Shown here one piece after another: positions 40,952 through 56,403 of a stretch of 64,000 nucleotides of DNA. The stretch comes from Octopus vulgaris (lineage: Eukaryota): NCBI GenBank assembly GCA_951406725.2, contig OX597823.1, positions 52,886,001 through 52,950,000 on the forward strand, read 5' to 3'. The position numbers and the translations under genes were made by a program. Below the pieces are notes generated by a model. The model saw only the letters and a list, made by a program, of their open reading frames with translations, was not told the DNA's origin and did not search any database. Position 1 is the stretch's first letter. The number at the start of each line of letters is the position of its first letter.

Positions 40952-42574
40952 ACTCGTTTTCTCCGTTACTTTTTGTAATTGCACTAATACCCATAACAAC
41001 GACACTAAGGAAAGTTAAAATGGGTTACCGCTGTAGAAAGAATGGCTCATCATTGAACCATCTTCTGCTTATGGGTGACCTGAAATTGTTTTGGAAATCT
41101 GAAAAACAGATAGATTCCTTATCCAAAACAGTTCAGAAGTGTGGTAGGGACATCGGTATGGAAATTGGGATTATCAACTGCTCAGTAGTTAATATCAAAA
41201 GAGGGAAGAAAGCAGCCTGCAGAGGCTTGCGCTTACCACCAGGAGAGACCATGGGTGAACCCAACTGTAGTGGGTATAGATATTTAGGGGTTTTGGAGCT
41301 GGATAACATTCTACACAGAGAAATGAAAGTCAAGGTCAGCGAGGCGTATCAAAAAAGGGTGAAAATGGTGTTGAAATCCAACCTCAATGTCAAAAGTTTG
41401 ATTACCGCAATGAATATCTGGGCAGTTGCGGTGGTCAGATATAGTGCATCCATCCTCAAATGAACTAGGGAGGAAATATCAACAATGTGTAGGACGAGAA
41501 AGCTGATAACGCTGCATGGGGTGCTACACATTAAAGCAAACGTAAACAGACTGTATATGAAAAGAAAGAATAGTGGTAGAGGACTAATTAGTATAGACCG
41601 TTGTATAAGGAGTGAAAGGAGAACGTTTGCTGAGTATTTGATAAATAGTGATGAAAACCTGCTGCAACATGCCGCGTAAGATATGGGTGTAGATGCAGAT
41701 GAAATGATGGGCAAAGAGGAGTTTAACCAAAGAGCTGAAGAGAAGAGAAAAGAAGACCTTGAAATGAGAAAGCATGGACAGTTTGAAAGGAATACAAAAG
41801 ACGTTAAGGATAATACAGCATCGTGGGTATAACTTGAGCGAGATGATTTGAAGCATATCACCGAAAGCCTGATCATTGCTGCACAAGACCAGGCTCTCGC
41901 TACCATCTCAGTGAAGTATAACATATATAAAACTTCTGACACCCAGAAATGCAGACTCTGTGGAAAGAGCGTGGAAAACGTGACCCACTTGGGAAGTGGA
42001 TGTGAGAGTCTTGCACAAAAAGAATACAAGTGTCACCAGGATAAAGTGTGTGTATCTTCATTGGCTCTTGTGCCGTAAATACGAATATTAAGTATCAGAG
42101 AACTGGTATGAGCATGTACCAAGTAAAGTTATGCAGGAGGATGGAAAAGTAACGATACTCTGGGGCTATGATTTTCAGACGGATCGTGTAATCGAACACC
42201 GTCAGCCGGATATTATCACACTGAAGAGAGATAAATACTGTCAGATCACTCATGTGGCCATATCAAATGACCCGAATGTTGTGAGTAAAGAGGTTGAAAA
42301 AAATCACCAAGTACTCCGAATTGAAAGTGGAAATGGCAAGACTGTATGGAATGTGAGAGAGTAATGTAAAAGTGATACCAGTGGTGATCGGAGCGTTGGG
42401 CTCAATCCCACTGAAACTTCAAAACTTCTTAAGGCAACTGGAAATACCATGAAAGCAGACTTATTGGGCACAGCGCACATCTTAAGGAAAGTATTATCTG
42501 TCTGAGGTCCTTGTTGTGACTTGACATATGATTAAAGACTCCGCTGCATTTTTACCTACACTGTGTTACGAAGA

Positions 42575-42575
<1 letters not shown>
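40952..42575 (+). mobile_element. Older R4/Dong-like LINE, 5'-truncated, directly downstream in the same (TAA)n tract
   Basis: LNHLLLMGDLKLF, YRYLG, SNLNVKSLITAMNIWAV, AAQDQ, CRLC..HLGSGC, QPDII; followed by (AAT)n at 42576-42643. Confidence 0.88.
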
Positions 42576-42644
<69 letters not shown>

Positions 42645-42661
42645 TAAACATTATCAATGAC

Positions 42662-42830
42662 AGATGCAAGCATGAGTGTGTGATAAAAAGCTTGCTTCAC
42701 AACCACATGGTTTCGGGATCAGTCCCATTGCGTGAAACTTTGGTTAAGTGTCTTCTACAATAGCCTTGAACCGGGCAAAATATTGTGAGCGGATTTGTAG
42801 GCACAAACTGAAAGAAGCTCGTCGTGTATA
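42662..42830 (+). mobile_element. SINE family A 5' half
   Basis: aaccacatggtttcgggatcagtcccattgcgtg...aactgaaagaagc. Confidence 0.7.
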
Positions 42831-42861
42831 GACAGAAGACAGACAGACGGCCAGACAGACG

Positions 42862-42967
<106 letters not shown>

Positions 42968-43357
42968 CAGATAGATAGATATAAACTTTCAGGCTCAATG
43001 CACACGGTTAGTCATATTTGAAAACCAGGACGCTGGTATATGAGAAAACAAGCGGAATAGATCGTTCTAGAGATGGAAGACACATTATATAAATCCGCCG
43101 AATTACCGCGCCTCCATGGCATGAAAATATTAGCTCTTATTTTAATACTTTGTACATTAAATATTTTTCTCACACTGGACGGATTACTTTTGTTGTTGAT
43201 TCTACCTTTAACAGTACAGTGAATTATAAATACACACACACACATATACATACATATATATATACATACATACATACACGCATATATATATATGTGTGTA
43301 TGTATGTATGCATGTATATATATGTACGTATGTATGTATGTATGTTTATGTTTATAT

Positions 43358-44136
43358 ATTGGGTCAGCCCATAAATAATGCGGTTTTTTTCAATTGCATG
43401 AACTAGAAGTCGGAGGGAGACGGGATAAGCTACCTGCATCAACTTGCTATAAAACCAGGTAGTAATTTTACCTTACGCTTATTCTTAGTGCAAGTTTTGA
43501 AGAGTGCAGTTCGATTTTAACAGTTATTTTTTTCAAGGCTATAGTGGAAGTGTCAAAGGAGCATATTCGGCATATTTTACTTTATGAGTTCAATCGCAAC
43601 GGAAAGTGTAAAGAATATCAATACAGTGTATGGGGGTCGGGCAATAAGCGTAAGCCAGTGTCAGCGGTGGTTACAGAAATTTCGAGCCGAAAATAGAGCC
43701 TCATCCTGGAAGATCTGTGAAGCTCGACGAGAACGTCCTACAAACACTGGTGGAACAAAATTCCATCGTAGCTGTTGAGGAACTAGCAGAGAAGCTTGGA
43801 TTTGGTCATTCAACCAGTTTTTCAAGTCAGAGCTAGAAGAAAAACAACCATCTTTGGTTTCAAGATCAAAGTTCTTCATCTATATGCGAGGATGACATTC
43901 GAAAGGCTGAAGCAGTTTGAATGGGAAACGATGTTCCACCCACCATAGTCGCCGGTCATTGCCCCATCGGATTATCATTTATTCCGCAGTCTTCAAAATC
44001 ATTTGGATGAGAAAAATGTAAGTTCTGTAGACGAGGTCAGAACAGTACTGCAGGAGTATTTTTCGTCATGGACAAGTGAATTTTGGAAGAGGAGCCTTGC
44101 AAGTCTACCAAATAGATGGAAGGGCATTGTAGAAAA

Positions 44137-44140
<4 letters not shown>
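43358..44140 (+). mobile_element. Mariner transposon relic
   Basis: 5' TIR-like ttgggtcagcccataaataatgcgg; VEVSKEHIRHILLYEF; CQRWLQKFRA; [22 protein letters not shown] (YSPDLAP..D motif). Confidence 0.85.
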
Positions 44141-44220
<80 letters not shown>

Positions 44221-44282
44221 CATACACATATATATATATATATATGGTGGCAAAAAAATAGATGGAAGAGCATTGTAGAAAA

Positions 44283-44329
<47 letters not shown>

Positions 44330-44920
44330 GTATATATATACATACACACATATATATATATAGGGTGGCAAAAAAATTCTACGAAATTTTTTGCCACCCT
44401 ATATTGATTAATTATGAATTTTCTGGTTAATTCCGTAATGGAATCGGCGGCTTATATTTGCTGCCGATAAATTTGGCGCGAGTGCGATGATTTGAAAATT
44501 TTAGGTTAGATATTGCCGAGACAGTGATAGAAGTGCCTCGTGTAAATATCTGCTCCGATCTGGCTGTTCTTACTGACGAATCTATCGGCCTATGGAAGAC
44601 TAGCTTGATTTAATTTAATCAGGTTAGTTTACCATTAAACAATAGATGAAACGGTGCATCGTATAAGGAACTACAGGGTAAATGTTTTTTTAAATTTTCT
44701 CCTGGTTTGCGGAATTAATGTTGTTTTGCGGTTGAAGCTTTGGCTGTTATTTCTAGTGGGTGAATGGCCTATTATGGCCGTTCCTTGATTGTGATGTTGA
44801 ATTTATAAATGGTCTATGACTATTTAATTTTTTCCCACTAGTTGCTGGTGGCAAAAAAATTCTACGAAATTTTTTGCCACCCTATATTGATTAATTATAT
44901 ATATATATATATATATACAT

Positions 44921-45052
<132 letters not shown>

Positions 45053-45516
45053 TATTGGTTGTTTGAATCAACCTCACTACCTTGTTACTTAAAGCCTGGT
45101 ACTCATTCTGTTTACCTCTGTTGCTGATCTGCTACGTTATGGGGGTTCTTTGTGTTTGTGTTTGTACCTCCACATCGCTTGAGAGTCGCCGTTGGTTTGT
45201 TTACCGCCTCGTAATATAGCATGGAGTACTTCGACAAAATACACCGATAAAATAAGTACAAGGAATAAAAAAGAAAAACAGTTTAATACTGGGAGTTATT
45301 TGCACAACTAAAATCCTTCAAAGGGATGCCCCAGCATGGCCATAATCTTTTGACTGAAACATGTGAAAGATGTGTATGTATGCATGCATCTATGCGTTTG
45401 TGTGTATGTATGAATGCGTGTATATGCCTGTTGAAGTGTATGCATCTCTCTATGCAGAGACACAGAAACACACTCATACGCACACACACAAATACATTCT
45501 CACCTTCCTCTGCCTC

Positions 45517-45589
<73 letters not shown>

Positions 45590-45607
45590 TTATTTATATT
45601 TTTCCAA

Positions 45608-45800
45608 GGCGACGAGCTGGTAGCGCTGTTAATACACCGGACAAAATGCTTAATATCACTTCTTTTGGTTTTACGTTCCGACTTCAAATGCCACTGAGGT
45701 CGACTTTACTTTCTATTCTTTTGGGATCGTGAAAGTAAGTACCAGTTGTGTACTGGGGTCGATGTAATCGACTAGCCCCTCCCCTCCAAAATTTCAGGCC
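45608..45800 (+). mobile_element. SINE family B, diverged
   Basis: ggcgacgagctgg...gaggtcgacttt...taagtaccagttg..ctggggtcgatgtaatcgac. Confidence 0.75.
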
Positions 45801-46698
45801 GATTCCAATCATTTTACTATAGTCTTCTATGACTCCATCTCTTAACGGTTTATATCAATCATTTCTACGATGGTATGTGTGAATCTCTATAAGTGCAAAT
45901 ATAAGACGATGTTATGTTAAGCTAGGCTAAGTCGCGAGCGAGCAGACTTATTACCAGAGACGTCCCGCCTATGACCATCCATTATTATTTTTTTCCGATA
46001 TAATTAATGTATCTAGAACAATATTAACAATGCTAGATTTTTTTTTTTGAGAGAGAGAGAACAATTCAGCAGGCATGTAATAAGGTGGCTATTTAGTTGC
46101 TAATCTTAGAATGTCGAGCAACCACTTGGAGGCTCATTGGTTGTTTAATGCAAGTTGACTTCTCTGTGGTGTGTATATGACGTAACATTTTTATGATAAC
46201 GAGCGTATGAATATGAATAATAGAGAGGGAGAGGGGGAGAAAGAGAACGAGAGAATGAGAGAGAGGGAGAGAGAAAGAAAGAAGAAAGAAAGAAAGAGAT
46301 AGAGAGAGTAAGAGAGACAAGGTAAAAGATCCCTGATAACGACTTTATATAACACTATGCTTCCATACATTTCATATATAAACATTACCATGGCCTTCAA
46401 CATATAAAAGGAATACATATATAAAAGCACAAAAGGTAAAAAATATATATGCACATAAAAATACAAAATATATAGAAAGGCCTATCAAGAGAAGGTATAT
46501 ACAAATCAACTAGAATAGGTAATCAAAGTGTCAATCGATTAAAAAAGTTTTTTTAACCCCTTAATTAAAAATATCTCAAAACAGTTCGTTTTTTAAAAAG
46601 CCATCAATGGTAGGTCGAAGTCTAAGGAGTGTAAGAGAGTTAAAAAAAAATCAGGTTAAAAAAAGACATCTATGTTTTTTTGTCTCTGTCTCAATTTC

Positions 46699-46754
<56 letters not shown>

Positions 46755-46894
46755 TTATATATATAAGGCGAACACTCTTGAGTGCTACTGGTGACAAACG
46801 AGTAATCCACTTCAAATGCTAACCTGGTAGCAATGTTATATTTTATCAGCAACCACAATGAACTGAGTATTTGCTTTGGTTTTGATGATTTGTG

Positions 46895-47260
46895 TATCTT
46901 CAATTACAGCCTGAGGTCGACCAAAGCCTTGTGAGTGGATTTGATAGAGAGAAACTGAAAGAAGCCCATTGTGTATATAAGCGTGTGTATGTGTGTGTAT
47001 GTATGTGTATGTGTGTGTGTATGCGCGTGCATGTGTGTGCGTGTGCGCGTGTGTGTGTGTCTTTGTGTCTGGTCTGAGGGTGTCTCCTGGCATCGCTTGA
47101 CAACCGGGGTTGTAGCTTTTACGCTCCCATAACTTAGCGGCTCGGGGAGAAGAAACGATAGAATAAGTTGTACCAGGCTTTAAAAACAAAAAAAGAAAAC
47201 AAATAAATACTCGGTTCGATTCATTCGGCTAAGCATTCTTCAAGACGGCGCCCCAGAATG
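46895..47260 (+). mobile_element. SINE family A, head missing
   Basis: gaccaaagccttgtgagtggatttg...gacggcgccccagaatg. Confidence 0.75.
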
Positions 47261-47307
47261 ACACTATATATTATCTTCTAATAGATAAAAGATAATATAT
47301 ATAGACA

Positions 47308-47345
<38 letters not shown>

Positions 47346-47503
47346 CACACATAAATATGCATACATGAAATACATGCATATATATACATGAACATATATA
47401 AATAACGTATATATATATATATATATATATATATACGTACACACACACACATATACACATATATGTACACACACATATATATATACACATACATATATAA
47501 ATA

Positions 47504-47546
<43 letters not shown>

Positions 47547-48115
47547 TAGGTACATACATACGCACACAAAGAAGAAAGATGGAGAAATCTTTTTATAATA
47601 TTATCTTAGATCTTATCCATTCACAAGTTATGCCTGTTAACATAGGTGTCACTTTGCGGCTCATTAACAGCTTACTAGCCATACATATTACCGGGTCTCA
47701 AAAACGTGCCCCAGCATGTTCAAGGTGAAGCTGCTGTATTAAGTGCAACTTGCGCGTGTCAACTTAGAATGTTGATTCACACACACCCTTGCCCCCATTG
47801 CTCGGTACGTGAACGAATTGGGCTGCTGGGGCCCAGCATGCGTTGCTGTGGTGCTTGTTTTCTGCGGTTGAATGAAGTGCAGTATCAGGGCACCACGTCA
47901 TATCGTTAGCGGTTCGCGCAGCGTGAAGCACGTCTCCTGTTGCCATCGCTGCTGCTCGCGTGATCCTCGCAGGGTAAGAAGCAAACGAGCATTCGTCTCG
48001 CGATATTCCTCCGGGCTACACAGTTCGTTCGAGAGTGTCGTTTTTTTTTTTTGTGTCCGAGCCAGCTGGTATAAAGATTACGTGGATATTGACAGATCAA
48101 TCAATCAATCAATTA

Positions 48116-48244
<129 letters not shown>

Positions 48245-48434
48245 AATTTCTATCTGTATCTTTCTATATATAACACATACATACACATGTACATATTCAT
48301 AAACATGCACGCAGATACAAGCGCGCATACAATTACCTTTAAAATTCAGTAGAGAAACAGTTATACGGATGCTCATCAGATATGTTGTAACTATAATTCA
48401 GAATGACAGGCTGTAATACACACACACACACACA

Positions 48435-48465
<31 letters not shown>

Positions 48466-48717
48466 TTTCTCTCTCTCTTTCTCTTCCTATCTCTCTCTCT
48501 CTTTCTATCTCTCTCTCTTTCTCTGTCTCTCTCACGCACATACTGACACACACACATGTCATCGATGAGGTGTCGAAATTGTGATGAGTTTTGGTCGATA
48601 ACTGGTGAGAGATGAACGTGTCCTTCGTGCGTTTTTCCGTTTTCCGTATGTTGCTTCGTCGTCCTGCTCTGGAAGGTTTTACTTCACACACACACACACA
48701 CACACACACATACGGGG

Positions 48718-48770
48718 TGACCAAAGCTTATGAGTGGATTTGGTAGACGGAAACTGAAAGAAGCCCGTCG

Positions 48771-48823
<53 letters not shown>

Positions 48824-49075
48824 CTGTGTGTCTGTGTGTCTGTGTGTCTGTGTGTGTGTGTCTGTGTCTGTGTCTGTGTTTCTGTGTTTGTCTCTCCAAC
48901 ATCGCTTGAAAACCGATGCTGGTGTGTTTACGTCCCCGTAGCTTAGCGGTTCGGGGGGAAAAGAAACCGATAATGTAAGTACTAGGCTTACAAACAATAA
49001 GTCCTGGGGTCGATTTGCTCGACTAAAGGCGGCGCTCCAGCATGGCTTTAGGCAAGTGACTGAAACGAATAAAAT
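48718..49075 (+). mobile_element. SINE family A, head missing
   Basis: gagtggatttggtagacggaaactgaaagaagcccgtcg...gactaaaggcggcgctccagcatgg. Confidence 0.85.
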
Positions 49076-49539
49076 AAAAATTATATATATATATATATAT
49101 TTACACACACATCATATACGAACACATAATGGGAGACTGGTTAATAATTTTGCTCCAAAATCAATTACTTCTGATTCTGATTAGATCATCGCTGTCTCAT
49201 ATCATAGGGAGACGTGTTTTATCATTGAATTTCATCGAAGCAATATTAAATTTTGTTAAGGAAACTGTGAGGAAGACTATCTGTTGTATTTTGGTTGTGG
49301 TTCAAGTCCAGCTTTCGCACACTGATTGATTCTCATTGATTATACCTGAGAATTACATTAAAGGTAAACGTGCCTATGGGAAACTCGGCCACAGATTTAA
49401 ACTATAATTCTATGGGCAAGTTGTTCAGTAAACCCGGTGTTGAATACGCTTTCTCAAAACCAACGAAGAACAATTTAATTAAAGTAACACTGCATATCAG
49501 TTCATCTATCTGTGCCTATGTATAGTTATCTATCTTTCA

Positions 49540-49736
49540 TCTTTCACTTGTTTCAGTCATTAGATTGCAGCCAAGCTGGAGCACTGTCTTGGAGAATTTT
49601 TTTGTCGAATGCATCGACAACGGTGCTTCTACTCTTTTAAGCTTGATACTTATTCCATTGGTCCCTTATACTGAATCGTTTATGTTACGGGGACGTAAAT
49701 ATATCAACAACTGTCGTCAAACAGCGGTTGTGGACA

Positions 49737-49782
<46 letters not shown>

Positions 49783-49955
49783 TACACACACATGTATATA
49801 TTTGCATATGTGTCTTTCATTTTCTGCCTACCAAATCCACTCAAAGGTTTGGTCGGCCCTAGGCTAAAGTGGAAGACACTAGCCCAAGATGCCAAGCAAT
49901 GGGACTAAAACCGGAACAATATGCTTGGGAAGTAAAATTCTTACCACGCAGCTAC
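49540..49955 (-). mobile_element. SINE family A, diverged
   Basis: ttgtttcagtcatt...ccaaatccactca...gaagacact. Confidence 0.7.
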
Positions 49956-50049
49956 ATACACACACACACACACACACACATATGTATATATATATTATTT
50001 CCAAAGCCAAGTGCTACCAGTTTACACACGCACTCACAGACACATGTGT

Positions 50050-50460
50050 AAATATATCTCTCTGGGTGTTAAAACAGCTGCTAAATGACTCAAGTGTGGA
50101 TGTGATATAACTCGACTTTGCAAAAGCCTTTGATAAAGTCGACTATGGTGTGATATGTTGCAAACTGCGTGATGTCGGCATAGTTGGAAAACTTGGACAG
50201 TGGCTACACGACTCTCTAAAAGATAGACGCCAGGCAGTTGTGACTAATGGAACCACCTCAAAGGAAACACAAATAGTAAGTTATGTTCCACAGGGTACTG
50301 TTTTAGGGCTACAGCTAGTTATAGTGGCCCTCTCAGACATGCCCTCAGCTGCTCAGATAGCCACCCTTGGTAGCTATGCAGATGATACAAAAGTCTCTCA
50401 GACAATACAAAATTCTGGAAATATTGCGCATCTACAACGGGAGTTGGATACAATGTACTG
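50050..50460 (+). pseudogene. CR1/Jockey-group LINE RT fragment
   Basis: VDVI*LDFAKAFDKVD, VPQGTVLG, YADDTKV. Confidence 0.8.
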
Positions 50461-50469
50461 ATCAGATGA

Positions 50470-50770
50470 CAAATATTCTCTTACGGAATTTCTTGCCAAG
50501 GTTCATGCAGTAATCTCAAAATATCTGGCTTTGAAAATGCTTTCTTGTTCTTTTTATGAAGTGTCCAGTCTATTGTCCCACAAGTGTTCAATATGGTTCA
50601 TATCCGGTGACTGGATTGACCATGAGAGCTTTTTAATGCAATTTTCATCCAACAAATAAAGTCTTCTTTAATCATTTCACCACTGGAGAAAATTGGAATG
50701 AGTTCTTTCTGCAATATGGATACATATTTATCTGAGTTTATGTTTCCCTCACCAGCTCTGATCAGCCATT
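50470..50770 (-). pseudogene. Tc1-like transposase C-terminal fragment
   Basis: EGNINSDKYVSILQKELIP and QSPDMNHIEHLWD motif. Confidence 0.7.
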
Positions 50771-50954
50771 GCTCCAAATTACTCCCCAGACCATCACAGA
50801 ATAGCAACGAGGATTATCTTTCACACTTCACTTAACGAAGAGAAGGATCCTGTCAGAGGGCCCTCGTTGATATGAGCCAGGTGATGTAGATTCCTTTCCT
50901 TTTCCGGTGAATTGTACTATCACTCTATTAAATGCAGAAAGCGGTATCCCGATT

Positions 50955-51260
50955 TTACTTATTCTATCGGTCTCTTTTGCCGAACCGCTAAATGACGGGG
51001 ACGTAAACACACCAGCATCGGTTGTCAAGCAATGCTAGAGGGACAAACACAGACACACAAACATTTACATACACATACATACATATATATACATATATAC
51101 GACAGGCTTCTTTCAGTTTCCGTCTACCAAATCCACTCACAAGGCATTGGTCGGCCCGAGGCTATAGCAGAAGACACTTGCCCAAGATGCCACACAGTGG
51201 GACTGAACCCAGAACCGTGTGGTTGGTAGGCAAGCTACTTACCACACAGCCACGCCTGCG

Positions 51261-51262
<2 letters not shown>
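50955..51262 (-). mobile_element. SINE family A, 3'-truncated
   Basis: Near-identical to other young copies. Confidence 0.88.
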
Positions 51263-51338
<76 letters not shown>

Positions 51339-51379
51339 TATACATACATATGTATGTACGAATGTATGTATGTATATGT

Positions 51380-51482
51380 ATGGCCGACGAAAGCCTCGTG
51401 AGAATATTTGTAGACGGAAACTCTAAGAAGCCTGGTGTATATATCGATATATATATATATATATGCATGCATCTATGTATAC

Positions 51483-51565
<83 letters not shown>

Positions 51566-51870
51566 CATATATATACATATATGTCTGTCTGTATGTATGT
51601 ATGTATGTATGAATGTATGTATGTATGTATGCATGTATGTATATATTTCTGCGTGTGCGTCTTTGTGTCTATGTTTGTTCACCCCACCATCACTTGAGAA
51701 CCGATGTTGGTATGTTTACGTCCCCGTAATTTAGTGACTCGGCAAAATATTGATAGAATAAGTACTAGGCTTATAATTGATAACACCTGGGATCGGTTTC
51801 TTCAACTGAAAACCACTTTAAGGCGGTGATCCAGCATGACCGCAGTCAAATGACTGAAACAAGTAAAAGA
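51380..51870 (+). mobile_element. SINE family A with expanded internal microsatellite
   Basis: ggccgacgaaagcctcgtgag...aaggcggtgatccagcatgaccgcagtcaaatgactgaaac. Confidence 0.75.
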
Positions 51871-51895
51871 ACATATATACGTATGTCTTTATACG

Positions 51896-51949
<54 letters not shown>

Positions 51950-51966
51950 CATACATATATATATAT

Positions 51967-52047
<81 letters not shown>

Positions 52048-52182
52048 TATATATGTATATGTATATATATATTTAAATGCATAAATATATAGATATATGC
52101 ATACATATATACTTACATGTATATATACATATATGCGTACCTTAATACATACATATATGCATGCAGATGCTCACACACAATC

Positions 52183-52531
52183 TTTTACCGGTTTCAGTCA
52201 TTTGACTGCGGCCACAGGAGCACTGCTCTTAGACGGGCAAACCGCCCCTGGTACTTTATTCTTTGTAAGCCTAGTATTTAATCTATCGGTCTCTTTTGCC
52301 AAACCTCAAATTTATGGGGTGTAAACGCACCAGCATCGGCTGTCAAGCGACGTGGTTGGTGGCGGGTGACAAACACAGCCAGACAAATTCATACACGCAC
52401 ACACACATATATACAACGGGCGGGCTTCTTTCACTTTCCGTCTACCAAATCCCCTCACAAGTCTTTGGTCGGCCCGAGGCTATAGTAGAAGTAACTTGCC
52501 CAAGCTACTTAGCACACAGCCACTCCTGCGC
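52183..52531 (-). mobile_element. SINE family A with internal deletion
   Basis: tttcagtcatttgactgcggcc...cacagccactcctgcgcc. Confidence 0.8.
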
Positions 52532-52579
52532 CATGTAGGTATATGTATAAATGTAAAAGTAGATATGCATAAAAGTATA

Positions 52580-53131
<552 letters not shown>

Positions 53132-53171
53132 CATATGTATCTATCTATCAATCTATCTATCTATCTATCTA

Positions 53172-53214
<43 letters not shown>

Positions 53215-53467
53215 GTATATATATATGTATGCACATATGTGTATATATAATTGTATATATGTTTATATATATATATGTAAATATATATGTATATATGTAT
53301 ATATATGTATATATATATATTTATATGTAAATATATATATATATATGTATATATATGTGTATATATATATGTATGTATATGTATATATGCATATGTATGT
53401 ATATGTATATAAATGTATATATACATATATATCTCTACATATACACATGGATGTATGTATATATATT

Positions 53468-53672
53468 TACTCTGTTTTACTTGTTTCAGTCATTTGACTG
53501 TGGCCATACTGGAGCACCACCTTTAATCGAGCAACTCGACCCCGAGACTTATTCTGTGTAAGCCCAGTACTTATTCTATCGGTCTGTTTTGCCGAACCGC
53601 TAAGTAACGGGGACATAAACACACCAGCATCGGTTGTCAAGCAATGCTAGGGGGACAAACACAGACACACAA

Positions 53673-53745
<73 letters not shown>

Positions 53746-53911
53746 TACGACAGGCTTCTTTCAGTTTCCCTCTACCAAATCCATTCACAAGGCTTTGGTC
53801 GGCCCGAGGCTATAGTTGAAGACACTTGCCCAAGGTGCCACGCAGTGGAACTGAACCCGGAACCATGTGGTTGGTAAGCAAGCTACTTACCACACAGTCA
53901 TTCCTGCGCCT
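53468..53911 (-). mobile_element. SINE family A, full length
   Basis: Complete head-to-tail match to the family pattern. Confidence 0.9.
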
Positions 53912-54148
53912 ATTTATGTAAATATACACATACACACACATACACGTATGTATGTATGTTTGTATGTATGTACGTATGTGCGTATGTGCAAATAGGTATG
54001 CATTGTAGGGGTTCGTTTGTGTATGTGTGTGTGTGTGTGTTGTGTGTGTGTGTAGGTGCATGTGTGCATGTGTATATGTGTGAATGAATATATTCGTGTA
54101 TATGTGAACAAAATTCTGTGTAAATATATATATGTGTATATGTGTATA

Positions 54149-54306
<158 letters not shown>

Positions 54307-54538
54307 TTGTAAGCATATTTAATTAATGCATGTGTTTTTATGTATATATGCAAATATATTAGTATATATGTGTATGTATTTATATATATATTGGTACATA
54401 TATTTATATATATATTTATACACATATACATATAAGAGTATATGTGCGTTCGTTTGTGTGTGCGAGCACGCGTGTGTTTCCTTGTAGCTCATTTGAGAAG
54501 TATACATACGTATGTATGTGTATGTATACATTCATATG

Positions 54539-54574
<36 letters not shown>

Positions 54575-54670
54575 CGTGTGTGTATATGTATGTATATACA
54601 TATATACATACACGCATATATATGTATATAATATATATGTGTATATATATATATATAGATATAGATATAA

Positions 54671-54733
<63 letters not shown>

Positions 54734-55438
54734 CATCTATATACACATATATATACACATAGATATACACATAGTTATATATATATGTATATATGCATAT
54801 ATATATGTATATATATATAAATATATGTATGTATGTATATATACATACATACACACATATTCCAGCTTACCTTTGTTTTTATGCATACTTTTACGCGCGC
54901 AATCTCCAGAAATGCATGTTCTGTGAACACTTTCGTACTTGAACAAGCATGTGTGCATATATGTGCATCTGTGCTTATGCCAGTGTGTAGTTCTCTGCAC
55001 GTAAGTGAATAACTACGCCAGTGTATGTTCTCGCTTGTGTGTGTGTGTGTGTGTGTGTGTTTATGTATATGAGTTTGTGTGTGTGTGTGTGTGCGTGTGT
55101 TATGGGTATGGGTCGGTGTGTTTGTGTGTGTGTGCGAGAAAACAGCTCCAGGAATGAATGAGTTATTGCTAATATATTTTGCCAGTTTTTAGACATACCT
55201 CGACTACCAATTGGTCAAGGAAGCGAGGGAATGGTATTCTCTACTAGGTTTTGTATAGTGATCGGTAAATTGTAGCACTATAGTAGACTGGCAACGGGGG
55301 CTGGAAGGAGAAGAATTCCAGGAATGGTCATTTCAGACAGAACCAGGGAGGAAGGAGAGAGTGAGGATTCAGAGGCAAGAAATTCATTTGTGTGTGTATG
55401 TATGTATATAAAAATATATAATATATAATATATATATG

Positions 55439-55526
<88 letters not shown>

Positions 55527-56340
55527 CATATATATACATATATATATATCCATAGACACAGTTATGCACACATATAAAATGCAGTTGGAGATAAGTCTAT
55601 AGGAAACGATGAACTTAGCCTAAAAATCTGCATAATGCATATATACATGTGTTCATTATATTTAATATTTCTGTGTGTGTGCGTGTGTCTGTGTGTAAAT
55701 ACATACAGACAGTCAGACACACACAAATTATATGTGTACATGCATATATGTGTATACGTGTATATATGTATAAGATATGTATAAGTTATATATATGCATG
55801 AAAATACATATATATATATATATGCGTGTGTGTGTGTGTGTGTGCGTGTATGTGTGTGTGTGTGTGTTTGTGCATACATATGTGAGAAAAATTGTCAGCA
55901 TTGACTCAACGGAGTGTATTTCAACTGAATTTGGTAAAATAACTCAGAAAAGTGTTCACTGAATAATGATAGGGCTTCTATTCATAATTCAGGTTTGCGA
56001 CATTAGTTCTTCGTTCTGTAGAGATTTTATGGGCCTCTACTCTATTTCCATTTACCATCTGCAAGATTTCGGTCGACCAGCAGCCATGGTTGGATTCATT
56101 TTGTCTGAGTAACGTTAGCTGGGATGGATCATAGGCACAGATGTATTCGTTCACCCCCCACACCGACACACACACACAAATATATTCACTCATTCTTTTT
56201 TTCCATGCTGTCATCTGCTAGACGTGTGCGTATTAGGAAAGCAATATTTTTACACCCGTATACCCTTTGCAATATTACACGTTACCTGTTTTTCCCCGTA
56301 TAGAAAGTGAAGATTTTTCACGCACACAGACATAGAAGCA

Positions 56341-56387
<47 letters not shown>

Positions 56388-56403
56388 ATACACACACACG
56401 AAC

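Noticed and set aside
47906-48100. 64-aa basic ORF as a peptide gene
   Set aside because: It starts next to a microsatellite, spans a poly-T run and has no recognisable domain; kept only as part of the CpG-island finding
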